DNA from: Aquiluna sp.
GTDB lineage: Bacteria; Actinomycetota; Actinomycetes; Actinomycetales; Microbacteriaceae
NCBI GenBank assembly: GCA_040402595.1
Contig: JBBAMI010000001.1
Span: forward strand, 109,629-173,628
Length of the DNA: 64,000 nt
Direction: 5' to 3'
Part shown: piece after piece, positions 31,238 to 40,930 of the stretch
How positions within the stretch are numbered: position 1 is the stretch's first letter
Layout of the letters: each line of letters begins with the position of its first letter
The notes under the pieces: generated by a model
Seen by the model: the letters and a program-made list of their open reading frames with translations, nothing else
Databases searched by the model: none
What the model was told of the DNA's origin: nothing
Position numbers and translations under genes: made by a program

Positions 31238-32361
31238 TGTCAATTGACTTCGGAGCCGGGGGAAAGGACCTCGAGCTTGTAGGACTGAGGAAGGAATTCC
31301 CCGGCTTTGTTGCAGTTGATGATTTAGATCTCAAAATACCCGCGGGTCAGTTCTTCGCGTTGCTTGGACCATCTGGTTGCGGCAAGACAACTACGCTGCG
31401 AATGATTGCAGGACTGGAAACACCCACCAAGGGAAAAATCCTGATTGGTGGCAAGGATGTAACGGAGCTAAAGCCTCACGAGCGTCCCGTGAATACTGTT
31501 TTTCAGAACTACGCTCTCTTTCCTCACATGAGTGTTTTGGAAAATGTTGCCTTCGGTCTTCGTCAGCGAAAAATTGCAGACCCTTTGGTGAAGGCGCAAG
31601 CGGCCCTGGATATGGTGGAGCTTGGTCACATGTCTGAGCGAAGACCAGCCCAACTATCCGGTGGGCAGCAGCAGAGAGTGGCACTTGCCAGGGCGCTAGT
31701 CAATCGTCCCGCACTGCTTCTGCTGGACGAGCCGCTAGGAGCTCTTGATCTGAAGCTTCGCAGGCAGATGCAGATTGAGCTCAAATACATTCAAATGGAT
31801 GTGGGTCTGACATTCCTGCACGTTACTCACGACCAAGAAGAAGCCATGGATATGGCTGACATTGTTGCAGTTATGAATCAGGGCCGAATAGAACAGATGG
31901 GTCCACCAGAGCAGCTTTATGACAGACCAAAGACTGCCTTTGTTGCCAAATTCCTCGGACAGTCCAACATCTTCGTCGGAGAGGTTACTGAAACGGCTGC
32001 CGAAACTGTTTCAATTAATTTCAAGGGAAACAAACTGACCGCGCCTCTGGCACGAGTCGAGAAGTCAACGGGCAAGATAGCCATGGGAGTTCGGCCTGAG
32101 AAGACTCGCTTCCACGAATCCAAGCCCGATGCAGACTCAGGCGTAAATGTGCTCGGTCCAGGAGAGATAACGGACATCAGGTTCACCGGAGTTTCCAATC
32201 AGTATCTAATTGAGATTCCTGAAATTGGCGAAATCGTCGTCTTCGCCCAAAACGTAGGTAAATCACCGGTGATTGCACTTGGAGCGCAGGTTTGGGTCAG
32301 CTGGAAGGTCGAACACGGCTTTGGTCTTGCTGATCTACCAACTGGCAAAGAAGACGCCTAA
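31210..32361 (+). CDS. potA: Spermidine/putrescine ABC transporter ATPase
   Basis: Walker [10 protein letters not shown], signature [15 protein letters not shown], Walker B LLLLDEP. The alternative GTG start at 31237 would remove the 28-nt overlap. Confidence 0.9.
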   Translation: MAEPAARRLVSIDFGAGGKDLELVGLRKEFPGFVAVDDLDLKIPAGQFFALLGPSGCGKTTTLRMIAGLETPTKGKILIGGKDVTELKPHERPVNTVFQNYALFPHMSVLENVAFGLRQRKIADPLVKAQAALDMVELGHMSERRPAQLSGGQQQRVALARALVNRPALLLLDEPLGALDLKLRRQMQIELKYIQMDVGLTFLHVTHDQEEAMDMADIVAVMNQGRIEQMGPPEQLYDRPKTAFVAKFLGQSNIFVGEVTETAAETVSINFKGNKLTAPLARVEKSTGKIAMGVRPEKTRFHESKPDADSGVNVLGPGEITDIRFTGVSNQYLIEIPEIGEIVVFAQNVGKSPVIALGAQVWVSWKVEHGFGLADLPTGKEDA

Positions 32362-33278
32362 TGGCTTTCATTGCTCTGGGTGGTCAGCAGGCACCGGCGA
32401 AGCAGCAGGCACCAAAGAAGACTGGAAGAGTTGCTCTGCTTCTACTTCTACCTGGAATCGCATACCTAGGTCTTTTCTTTCTCACTCCTTTCTTCTCACT
32501 TTTACTAACGTCTCTGAAAGTTCCAGATGCGACGGGTGAGATTGGAAGATACGACTACGGGTTCGAGATAGGAAACTATCTGTACGCTCTCGAGCAGTAC
32601 ATGCCGCAGATTATTCGCTCCTTTGTTTTTGCTTTGATTGCAACGGTAATTGCTCTCGCGATCAGCTATCCGCTGGCCTACTTCATAGCAGTTAAGGCTC
32701 GAAACAGGCCGCTACTAAAGGGCCTACTTCTTACCATGGTGATAGCACCCTTCTTTATCTCCATGCTGCTTCGAACATTCGCCTGGAAACAGATTTTTTC
32801 GAATGATTCTTGGATAGTGAACACCTTGAAGGACGTCGGTCTTTTTGGCGCTGACAGCTACATCATCGGCACTGACTTCGCTGTCATTTTTGGTTTGGTT
32901 TACAACTTCATTCCATTTATGACCCTGCCAATTTTTTCCAACCTTGATCGACTTGACCTTAGGCTTTTGGAAGCTAGCGGAGATCTATACGCAAATCCGG
33001 TGACAACGTTTAGGAAAGTCACATTTCCGCTTTCTCTACCAGGTGTAATCTCTGGCACACTTCTTACCTTTATTCCAATCAGTGGAGACTACGTTGTCGC
33101 TAGTCGCGACTTTCTTGGAGGACCAGACACAGCCATGCTCGGCAATGTCGTTGAGGCAAACTTCCTAAGAATTCAGGATTACCCAACTGCATCAGCACTT
33201 TCAGTACTGCTAATGGCAGCCATTGTGGTGCTGGTTTCCGTGTATGTTCGCAAGAGCGGAACGGATGACCTGCTATGA
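32361..33278 (+). CDS. potB: Spermidine/putrescine ABC transporter permease
   Basis: 305 aa with 6 TM helices and an EAA-type loop (LEASGDLYANPVTTFRKVTFPLSLPG). Confidence 0.85.
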   Translation: MAFIALGGQQAPAKQQAPKKTGRVALLLLLPGIAYLGLFFLTPFFSLLLTSLKVPDATGEIGRYDYGFEIGNYLYALEQYMPQIIRSFVFALIATVIALAISYPLAYFIAVKARNRPLLKGLLLTMVIAPFFISMLLRTFAWKQIFSNDSWIVNTLKDVGLFGADSYIIGTDFAVIFGLVYNFIPFMTLPIFSNLDRLDLRLLEASGDLYANPVTTFRKVTFPLSLPGVISGTLLTFIPISGDYVVASRDFLGGPDTAMLGNVVEANFLRIQDYPTASALSVLLMAAIVVLVSVYVRKSGTDDLL

Positions 33279-34075
33279 AGTTCTCGCTTGGAAAGTATCT
33301 GCTGCCCACCTACGTGGTTCTTACCTTCCTTTTCCTTTCGATCCCGATCGTCTACACCTTCATCTTCTCTTTCAATGATTCGATCAAGTCAAATATCATC
33401 TGGAGGGGATTCACACTCGATAACTGGCTCAATGTTTGCCAGCAGCAGGAAGTTTGTGATGCTTTCGGTAACTCTCTGATCATCGCCGTCTCAGCAACAA
33501 TCTTGGCCACCGTTCTAGGAACCATGATTGCTATTGCCCTGGTTCGCTATCGATTTAAGTTCCGCTCCGCCACTAATTTGCTTTTGTTCCTGCCCTTGGC
33601 CACGCCAGAAGTAGTAATGGGTGCGGGACTGGCTGCCCAGTTCTTGGATTTCGGTTGGCAGAAGGGATTGCCAACAGTGATCATCGCCCACACCATGTTC
33701 ACCCTCAGCTTTGTTGTGGTGACAGTCAAGGCTCGAGTGGCAACTTTGGATCCCGCGCTAGAAGAAGCGGGAAGAGATCTTTACGCGAATCCGGCACAGG
33801 TTTTCCGCCGGATAACCTTCCCGCTACTTTTGCCAGGCATTTTGGCAGCCGCGATGCTCGCATTCGCGCTGAGCTTTGATGACTTCATCATCACACAGTT
33901 CAACTCAGGCGCAGTGGACACCTTCCCGAAGTTTGTTTACACCGCCGCCGCGAGAGGCATCCCAGCCGAAGCAAACGTGATTGGTTCGATGGTCTTTATT
34001 ATCGCCATTGCAATTGTTGTGACCGTTCAGGTCAGGTCTTCGCTCAAGCAGCGCAAACTTGCGAAGAAGCGCTAG
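33275..34075 (+). CDS. potC: Spermidine/putrescine ABC transporter permease
   Basis: 266 aa with an EAA-type loop (LEEAGRDLYANPAQVFRRITFPLLLPG). ATGA overlap with potB. Confidence 0.85.
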   Translation: MKFSLGKYLLPTYVVLTFLFLSIPIVYTFIFSFNDSIKSNIIWRGFTLDNWLNVCQQQEVCDAFGNSLIIAVSATILATVLGTMIAIALVRYRFKFRSATNLLLFLPLATPEVVMGAGLAAQFLDFGWQKGLPTVIIAHTMFTLSFVVVTVKARVATLDPALEEAGRDLYANPAQVFRRITFPLLLPGILAAAMLAFALSFDDFIITQFNSGAVDTFPKFVYTAAARGIPAEANVIGSMVFIIAIAIVVTVQVRSSLKQRKLAKKR

Positions 34076-35401
34076 TTAGAACTTCGCTAGGCCCGCTGCC
34101 AACACATCTAGGGCATCGTGCAACAGCTCATCGCTGATTGCAAGAGGCGGCAGGAAGCGAATCACGTTGTTGTAGGTTCCAGCATTCAGAACCACAACTC
34201 CGTTTTGGTGGCAGTGCTTTAAGAGCGCATCTGTCGCAGCTGAGTTTGGATTCTTAGTGCCTGGCTCAACCAGTTCGATTGCCTGCATTGCGCCGCGTCC
34301 TCGGACATCTCCAATAATTGGGTGATTGTTCTTCATGGCGTTGAGTCTGCCGGTGAGGATTTCTCCAATTTCGAGAGCTCTTTGCATCCAGTTTCCTGAT
34401 TCATACTGCTCCATCACTGCAACACCTGCGGCAACGGCAATCGGAGAACCACCGAAGGTTCCACCAAGACCGCCCGCGTGAGCTGCGTCCATGATTTCTG
34501 CTCGACCGACGACACCGGATAGTGGCATTCCGCCAGCAATGCCTTTGGCAACGGTGATTAAATCTGGTTCGAAACCGTCTTCCCACTCACTGGCAAACCA
34601 CTTTCCAGTTCGCGCCATACCTGATTGCACCTCGTCTGCCACGAGAACAATTCCGTTAGCGCGGGTCCAGTCCTGAAGTGTTTTAAGAAAACCAGGAGCG
34701 GGAACAACAAATCCACCTTCACCCTGGATTGGCTCGATGAACAGGGCAGCGAGTTGTGCAGATCCAACTCTTTTCTCAAGATAGGTAATTGCCCGAGTCG
34801 CAGCCTCTGCTCCACTCATTCCGGAAGGATCTCTGAAGGGATAGCTCATCGGAGCGTGGTGGACGCTTCCAGCCAGTGGTCCAAAGCCAGTTCCATAGGG
34901 GTGAATCTTGAAGTTCATTGACATCGTCAGGTTTGTTCGACCGTGGTAGGCGTGGTCGAATACTGCAATCTCGGTTCTTCCAGTTGCTTTGCGAGCAATC
35001 TTCACTGCGTTTTCGACAGCTTCAGCACCTGAGTTAAAGAAAGCTGCTTTCTTCTTGAAGTTTCCCGGAGCGTGAGCTGTGACTAGCTCACCTGCTCTGA
35101 CGTAAGGTTCGTAAGGGGTGACAGTGAAGAGTGTGTGAGTCAGTTTTGAAACTTGCTTCGAGACCGCTTCAACCACTCCTGGGTTGGTGTGTCCGATGGT
35201 GACAACACCGATACCTGCACCTAGATCTATTAGTTGATTGCCATCAACGTCTTTGAGAATGGCTCCGTGGGCCTCGTCAATGAAGGCTGCCAGCATGGTG
35301 CCAACACCACCTGAAATCACTTTGCTTCTTCGCTCCTGCATGGCTAGCGATTTCGGTCCTGGGATTGCTGTGACGATTTGACGTTTTTGTTCTAGGGTCA
35401 T
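34076..35401 (-). CDS. gabT: 4-aminobutyrate aminotransferase
   Basis: 441 aa class III aminotransferase. Motifs FNSGAEAVENAVK, LVADEVQSGMARTG and ITVAKGIAGG. Confidence 0.9.
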   Translation of the reverse strand: MTLEQKRQIVTAIPGPKSLAMQERRSKVISGGVGTMLAAFIDEAHGAILKDVDGNQLIDLGAGIGVVTIGHTNPGVVEAVSKQVSKLTHTLFTVTPYEPYVRAGELVTAHAPGNFKKKAAFFNSGAEAVENAVKIARKATGRTEIAVFDHAYHGRTNLTMSMNFKIHPYGTGFGPLAGSVHHAPMSYPFRDPSGMSGAEAATRAITYLEKRVGSAQLAALFIEPIQGEGGFVVPAPGFLKTLQDWTRANGIVLVADEVQSGMARTGKWFASEWEDGFEPDLITVAKGIAGGMPLSGVVGRAEIMDAAHAGGLGGTFGGSPIAVAAGVAVMEQYESGNWMQRALEIGEILTGRLNAMKNNHPIIGDVRGRGAMQAIELVEPGTKNPNSAATDALLKHCHQNGVVVLNAGTYNNVIRFLPPLAISDELLHDALDVLAAGLAKF

Positions 35402-35492
35402 GCACTAAGTCTAGGTTCCAATCCCTTGCCTTTGCGATAGCCGAAGAGCCGCTCCTAGCAACCTTGCAGGTTGGGGAAGGTAGCCTAGAGGT

Positions 35493-36782
35493 GTGCTGGA
35501 CACATTTCTTTACCTCCTAGGAATCCTCATATTCCTTATCGGCATAGCCCTATCGGTTGGTCTGCACGAACTAGGGCACTACCTACCCGCTAAAAAATTC
35601 GGGGTCGAAGTGCGTCAATTCATGGTCGGGTTTGGTCCCACACTTTTCTCGCGTCGCAGGGGAGAAACGGAATTCGGAGTCAAGGCTTTTCCTCTCGGCG
35701 GCTACATTCTGATGTCCGGTATGTATCCGCCTGCAAAAAAGCCCTATCGAGGCCTTTTTGCCAATTGGATAAACGAGGCTAGGAAAGAAGTCGAATCCTT
35801 AGAGAGCGTTTCCGAGGACAGAAAGTTCTATCGCCTCTCAGGTCCCAAGAAGATCACCATCATGCTCGGTGGGCCAGTAATGAATCTTCTCCTCGGAACA
35901 TTGCTGATAGTTGCATCGCTGTCTGGAATTGGCACATTACAAAACTCTCTGACCGTTGACCAGGTTTATCCGTGCATGGAATCTGCAGTTGAGTCAGAGT
36001 GTCCGGCCGGAGCTGTTTCGACACCCGCAAAAATAGCGGGACTTCAAAGCGGTGATCAGGTCAGCGCCGTCAATGGCCAAACTGTCACGAACTGGCAGGA
36101 AGTTACCGCACTGCTAGAGAACAATTCATCTAGCACCCTCACCGTTGTGCGAGACGGAAAAGAAATATCTCTAAACATCTCTCCGGTTTTCATGGAGCGC
36201 GCTGTTTATGACTCGCTTGGCAATCTTGAGCTGGACGCCCAGGGCAATCCGGTTACTAAACTTTCACCAGTTCTTGGAATAAGACTTCTTGGGGTGACAA
36301 AACCTGTTGGTATTGATCAAGCCCTTTCATACGCGGGTGCATCTCTCGTATCGATGGCGGCTTTCATCCTTGAGCTGCCTCAACAGATATATGAAGTAAC
36401 ACTCAGCACAGTTGGCCTAACCGAGCGCGATCCCTACGGCGCAGTTTCAATCGTGGGAGTTGGACAGCTCGCCGGGGAGCTGACATCAGCTGATATTGGC
36501 ATCGACGCCAAGCTATCCTCTCTGCTACTTCTTCTTGGTTCTCTAAATCTTGTTTTGTTTGTCTTCAATCTTGTGCCACTTTTACCCTTGGACGGAGGGC
36601 ACGTGGTCGGTGCAGTTTACGAATCGGCCAAGCGCCGGGTTGTTAAGCAGTTCAGGGGAGCGGATCCTGGTCCGATTGATACAGCGAAAGCCCTGCCGCT
36701 GGCCTACTTCGTCTGGGTCGTATTGATTTTCACTGGAGTTTTGCTGATTTTGGCAGACCTGATCAACCCAATAATCGGCTAA
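35493..36782 (+). CDS. rseP: Site-2 (M50) regulated-intramembrane-proteolysis zinc metalloprotease
   Basis: 429 aa. Motif HELGH, a central PDZ-like segment, and NLVPLLPLDGGH. Confidence 0.9.
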   Translation: MLDTFLYLLGILIFLIGIALSVGLHELGHYLPAKKFGVEVRQFMVGFGPTLFSRRRGETEFGVKAFPLGGYILMSGMYPPAKKPYRGLFANWINEARKEVESLESVSEDRKFYRLSGPKKITIMLGGPVMNLLLGTLLIVASLSGIGTLQNSLTVDQVYPCMESAVESECPAGAVSTPAKIAGLQSGDQVSAVNGQTVTNWQEVTALLENNSSSTLTVVRDGKEISLNISPVFMERAVYDSLGNLELDAQGNPVTKLSPVLGIRLLGVTKPVGIDQALSYAGASLVSMAAFILELPQQIYEVTLSTVGLTERDPYGAVSIVGVGQLAGELTSADIGIDAKLSSLLLLLGSLNLVLFVFNLVPLLPLDGGHVVGAVYESAKRRVVKQFRGADPGPIDTAKALPLAYFVWVVLIFTGVLLILADLINPIIG

Positions 36783-36839
36783 TCGGAAGCAAACGGCCTA
36801 GCCAATGGTTAAATCGATAGCAGTAGCGAAGGGAAAGAT

Positions 36840-37994
36840 GTGCCGGCAGTAAACCTCGGCTTACCAAAGTCCCCACCACCAACACTGGCTCCGAGAAGAA
36901 AAACTCGGCAGATTATGGTTGGCAAGGTTGCGGTTGGTGGCGATGCACCTATTTCAGTGCAGTCCATGACCACAACGCCGACCACAGACATAAATGCAAC
37001 GCTTCAGCAGATTGCCGAGCTAACGGCCAGCGGCTGCGACATTGTTCGCGTAGCGGTGCCATCGCAGGACGACGCAGATGTCCTAAGAATTATTGCTAAG
37101 CGCTCCCAGATTCCTGTGGTCGCTGACATCCATTTTCAACCACGATATGTTTTCCAAGCAATCGAAGCAGGTTGCGGTGCGGTAAGAGTAAATCCAGGAA
37201 ACATTAAGAAGTTTGATGATCAGGTAAAAGACATAGCCAAGGCTGCTAAGGATGCCGGTGTCTCTTTGAGAATTGGCGTTAATGCCGGATCACTAGACCC
37301 TCGGTTGCTCGAGAAGTACGGCAAGGCAACTCCCGAGGCTCTTGTTGAGTCGGCAGTTTGGGAAGCTTCACTTTTTGAAGAACACGATTTTCATGACTTC
37401 AAGATTTCGGTAAAGCACAACGACCCGGTCGTGATGGTTCGCGCCTACGAGATGCTCTCGGAAAAAGGCGACTGGCCACTTCACCTAGGAGTCACCGAGG
37501 CCGGCCCTGCTTTCCAGGGAACCATTAAGTCTTCGGTTGCCTTTGGAGCACTGCTCTCGAAGGGGATTGGCGACACCATTCGCGTCTCTCTTTCTGCGCC
37601 ACCGGTAGAAGAAGTTAAGGTGGGTTCGCAGATTCTAGAGAGCCTTAATCTTCGACCAAGAAAACTCGAGATTGTTTCTTGCCCAAGCTGCGGAAGGGCA
37701 CAGGTCGATGTTTACACACTCGCCAACCAGGTGACCGAAGGACTGCAGCACCTCACAGTTCCAATTCGCGTTGCCGTTATGGGCTGCGTTGTGAACGGAC
37801 CGGGTGAGGCTAGAGAGGCCGACCTGGGCGTTGCCTCGGGTAACGGAAAGGGTCAAATCTTCGTCAAGGGCGAGGTCGTAAAGACCGTGCCTGAGAGCGA
37901 GATTGTTAAGACTTTGATCGAAGAAGCGAACCGCATTGCATCCGAAATGGACCCCTCTGAGCTCGGAACAGCCCAGGTAACCGTCGGCAAGTAG
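36840..37994 (+). CDS. ispG: 4-hydroxy-3-methylbut-2-en-1-yl diphosphate synthase
   Basis: 384 aa. Motifs VQSMT, RVNPGN and the cluster ligands SCPSCGR...GCVVNGPGE. Confidence 0.95.
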   Translation: MPAVNLGLPKSPPPTLAPRRKTRQIMVGKVAVGGDAPISVQSMTTTPTTDINATLQQIAELTASGCDIVRVAVPSQDDADVLRIIAKRSQIPVVADIHFQPRYVFQAIEAGCGAVRVNPGNIKKFDDQVKDIAKAAKDAGVSLRIGVNAGSLDPRLLEKYGKATPEALVESAVWEASLFEEHDFHDFKISVKHNDPVVMVRAYEMLSEKGDWPLHLGVTEAGPAFQGTIKSSVAFGALLSKGIGDTIRVSLSAPPVEEVKVGSQILESLNLRPRKLEIVSCPSCGRAQVDVYTLANQVTEGLQHLTVPIRVAVMGCVVNGPGEAREADLGVASGNGKGQIFVKGEVVKTVPESEIVKTLIEEANRIASEMDPSELGTAQVTVGK

Positions 37995-38002
37995 CTAACA
38001 TT

Positions 38003-39775
38003 GTGCCCATGCCTTATCGCTTGAGCACACTGTTCCTTCGAACCCTTAGGGAAGACCCTGCTGACGCCGAAGTCGACAGTCACAAGCTGTTGGTTCGCGC
38101 CGGATACATTCGCAGAAGTGGCCCAGGTATTTTCTCCTGGCTCCCGCTTGGCCTGATGGTGAAGAACAAGATCGAGAAAATCGTTCGTGAGGAAATGGCC
38201 ACTGCCGGATCTCAAGAGGTCCACTTCCCAGCACTTTTGCCAAAGGAACCATACGAGGCTACGGGGCGATGGGATGAATACGGCGACAACATTTTTCGTT
38301 TGAGGGACAGAAAAGAAGCTGACTACCTTCTTGCCCCGACGCATGAGGAGGTCTTCACACTATTGGTGAAGGACCTCTACACCTCTTATAAGGATCTTCC
38401 GCTTTCGATTTACCAAATCCAGATCAAATATCGTGATGAGGCAAGGCCCAGGGCGGGACTATTGCGTGGCCGAGAATTTGTGATGAAGGATGCCTATAGC
38501 TTTGATGTTGATGACGCGGGACTTGCGAAAAGCTATCAAGCCCAACGCGATGCTTACGAGCGAATCTTTAGGCGACTTGGATTGGAATACGTCATTGTCA
38601 AAGCGGACGCTGGTGCCATGGGTGGATCAAAGTCCGAAGAGTTCCTATGCCCATCGCCAATTGGCGAAGACACATTTGTTCGTTCAGCCGGTGGCTTCGC
38701 GGCAAATGTGGAAGCAATAAAGTTTGAAGTTGCGGCAGACATCAATGCGTTAGACACCCCAGCTGCAGTTGTCAACGATTCTCCCAATACCCCAACTATC
38801 CAGACGCTTGTCGATTTCTCTAATTCCAAATACCCAAGAAAAGAAAAAGCGTGGACGAGTGCGGACACACTCAAGAATGTGGTTTTGGCTTTGACATCGC
38901 CCGATGGCAAGAGAAGTTTGGTAGTTGTCGGTCTACCTGGAGATCGAGAGGTGGATGCTAAGCGCGCTGAAACTTGGTTTGCCCCGAACGATGTTGAGCA
39001 GGCGACCGAAGCAGACTTCGCCAAGCATCCCCAGCTCGTGAAGGGCTACATCGGTCCCGTGAAGGGTGGAAAGCAATTCCTTGGGGAAAAGGCCGAGTCA
39101 AAGATCCCTTATTTCCTAGACCCACGCGTTGCAAAGGGCTCGTCTTGGATTACTGGCGCTAACGAAAAAGAAAAACATGTTTGGAACCTTACTTATGGAA
39201 GAGATTTCATAAGTGATGGACTAGCCGACATTGCTGAGGTGAGAGAAGGCGATCCCGCACCGGATGGCTCGGGCCCACTGGAACTAGCCAGAGGTATTGA
39301 AATCGGACACGTTTTCCAGCTGGGAAGAAAGTATGCCGAGGCCTTAGACCTAAAGGTCTTAGACGAAAACGGGAAACTGGTGACTGTGACCATGGGCAGC
39401 TACGGAATCGGCGTTACCCGATTAGTCGCGGTTATTGCCGAGCAGTCACATGATGAAAAAGGTTTGATTTGGCCAGCATCCGTGGCTCCGGCTTTACTTC
39501 ACATTGTCGCAGCTGGAAAAGAGGATTCCGTCTTTGAAGCTGCCGAAAAGCTCGCCGCACAGGCAGAGGCGAAGGGCCTGAGTGTGATTCTGGATGACAG
39601 GAAAGTCTCACCGGGAGTGAAGTTTGCAGATGCCGAGCTTCTGGGCATGCCGTGGGTAATTGTCTGTGGTCGTGGCCTCGAGCAGGGCGAGGTCGAGCTT
39701 TGGGAAAGAGCCACAGGACAGCGAGGAAACGTGAAGCTAGAATCTGCTTTAGCTTCAATAAAGCTCGGGAATTGA
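38003..39775 (+). CDS. proS: Proline--tRNA ligase (bacterial type with editing insertion)
   Basis: 590 aa. Class II motifs ([25 protein letters not shown]). GTG start. Confidence 0.95.
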   Translation: MPMPYRLSTLFLRTLREDPADAEVDSHKLLVRAGYIRRSGPGIFSWLPLGLMVKNKIEKIVREEMATAGSQEVHFPALLPKEPYEATGRWDEYGDNIFRLRDRKEADYLLAPTHEEVFTLLVKDLYTSYKDLPLSIYQIQIKYRDEARPRAGLLRGREFVMKDAYSFDVDDAGLAKSYQAQRDAYERIFRRLGLEYVIVKADAGAMGGSKSEEFLCPSPIGEDTFVRSAGGFAANVEAIKFEVAADINALDTPAAVVNDSPNTPTIQTLVDFSNSKYPRKEKAWTSADTLKNVVLALTSPDGKRSLVVVGLPGDREVDAKRAETWFAPNDVEQATEADFAKHPQLVKGYIGPVKGGKQFLGEKAESKIPYFLDPRVAKGSSWITGANEKEKHVWNLTYGRDFISDGLADIAEVREGDPAPDGSGPLELARGIEIGHVFQLGRKYAEALDLKVLDENGKLVTVTMGSYGIGVTRLVAVIAEQSHDEKGLIWPASVAPALLHIVAAGKEDSVFEAAEKLAAQAEAKGLSVILDDRKVSPGVKFADAELLGMPWVIVCGRGLEQGEVELWERATGQRGNVKLESALASIKLGN

Positions 39776-39787
39776 ATAGAGGCAGGC

Positions 39788-40765
39788 ATGGATATCGATC
39801 TAAATGTCCTTCGCCTGCTGGAGCGCGAAAAAGAAATTCCATTTGACGAGCTGGTCCTAATAATTGAGCAAGCAATACTCGCTGCCTATTTCAAACACAT
39901 CGGCGATAACACCAAGGGACCAAGAGCCGAGCTTGATAGAAAGACCGGTCACGTCAGCATCTTTGCTCCAGTCCTCGGCGAGGACGGCGAAAAAGTTGGC
40001 GAAGAGGAAGTAACTCCCGAGGGCTTTGGAAGGGTGGCCGCATACGCAGCCAAGCAGGTAATCGCGCAGCGCATGCGAGAGATTTCTGATGAGGGCTTAC
40101 TCGGAGAATTTAAGGGTAAAGAAGGCGACATAGTTGCTGGTCAGATTCAACAAGGGTCGAAGCCTTACATGGTTTACGTGAATCTAGGAAGCATCGAAGC
40201 TCTGATGCCGCCAGAGGAGCAGGTTCCGGGCGAAGATTATTCTCACGGCAAGCGCATTCGCGTTTATGTGACCAATGTTCAGCGCGGACTTCGAGGCCCG
40301 ATGATTACTGTCTCTAGAACGCATCCGAATTTGGTTCGCAAACTCTTCGCACTAGAAGTACCCGAAGTCGCCTCGGGACTAGTGGAGATTCCATCAGTTG
40401 CTAGAGAAGCTGGCCACCGCACTAAGATTTCCGTTCGTTCGAAAGACCCAGCGATTAACGCCAAAGGAGCTTGCATCGGCGAGCTTGGCCAGAGAGTCAG
40501 GGCCGTTAGCGCGGAGCTGAATGAAGAGAAGATTGATGTGGTGGATTTCTCAGAGGATCTGGCTGAGTATGTGGCCCATGCTCTCTCACCTGCCAAGGTT
40601 TCTTCAGCCTTTGTGATAGATACAGCTCAGAAGGCGGTTCGGGTATTGGTGCCAGACTTCCAGCTGTCCCTGGCAATCGGAAAAGAGGGCCAGAATGCTC
40701 GTCTGGCAGCCAAGCTCACCAGCGCCAAAATCGACATCCAGCCTGATAGCTCTTTAGAGGAATAG
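39788..40765 (+). CDS. nusA: Transcription termination/antitermination factor NusA (short form)
   Basis: 325 aa. N-terminus MDIDLNVLRLLEREKEIPFD followed by S1 and two KH domains (GACIGELGQRV, LAIGKEGQNARLA). Confidence 0.95.
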   Translation: MDIDLNVLRLLEREKEIPFDELVLIIEQAILAAYFKHIGDNTKGPRAELDRKTGHVSIFAPVLGEDGEKVGEEEVTPEGFGRVAAYAAKQVIAQRMREISDEGLLGEFKGKEGDIVAGQIQQGSKPYMVYVNLGSIEALMPPEEQVPGEDYSHGKRIRVYVTNVQRGLRGPMITVSRTHPNLVRKLFALEVPEVASGLVEIPSVAREAGHRTKISVRSKDPAINAKGACIGELGQRVRAVSAELNEEKIDVVDFSEDLAEYVAHALSPAKVSSAFVIDTAQKAVRVLVPDFQLSLAIGKEGQNARLAAKLTSAKIDIQPDSSLEE

Positions 40766-40895
40766 CCTTTTTCCGCTCCTAGTCCTAGACTTAGCTTCGC
40801 CCTCAAAGGCAAATCGCTAACGATGCAGGCAGAAAACATGAGTGACACAACAAATGAGTAGCTCGAAATGAGCCCCGCTCAGCAGTAAGGCCTGC

Positions 40896-40921
40896 CCTGT
40901 TTGGGGAAGGCCCCGGACAGG
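40896..40921 (+). promoter_or_regulatory. 11-bp stem hairpin immediately upstream of, and overlapping, the infB Shine-Dalgarno
   Basis: CCTGTTTGGGG-AAGG-CCCCGGACAGG forms 9 Watson-Crick and 2 G-U pairs. The 3' arm ends in the AGG of the AGGAGA Shine-Dalgarno. No U-tract follows. Confidence 0.45.
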
Positions 40922-40930
40922 AGAAAGCAA

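Noticed and set aside
37853-38344. 163-aa minus-strand ORF bridging the ispG 3' end and the proS 5' end, and the similar 13826-14167 ORF across the atpB start
   Set aside because: These ORFs straddle two well-supported plus-strand genes and their junction. They show no motifs and no plausible promoter space.
40766-40895. Possible decayed ylxR or small ORF in the nusA-infB spacer
   Set aside because: All three forward frames contain early stops. The only ATG-initiated peptide is 12 aa (MQAENMSDTTNE), with no Shine-Dalgarno and no cysteine motif.
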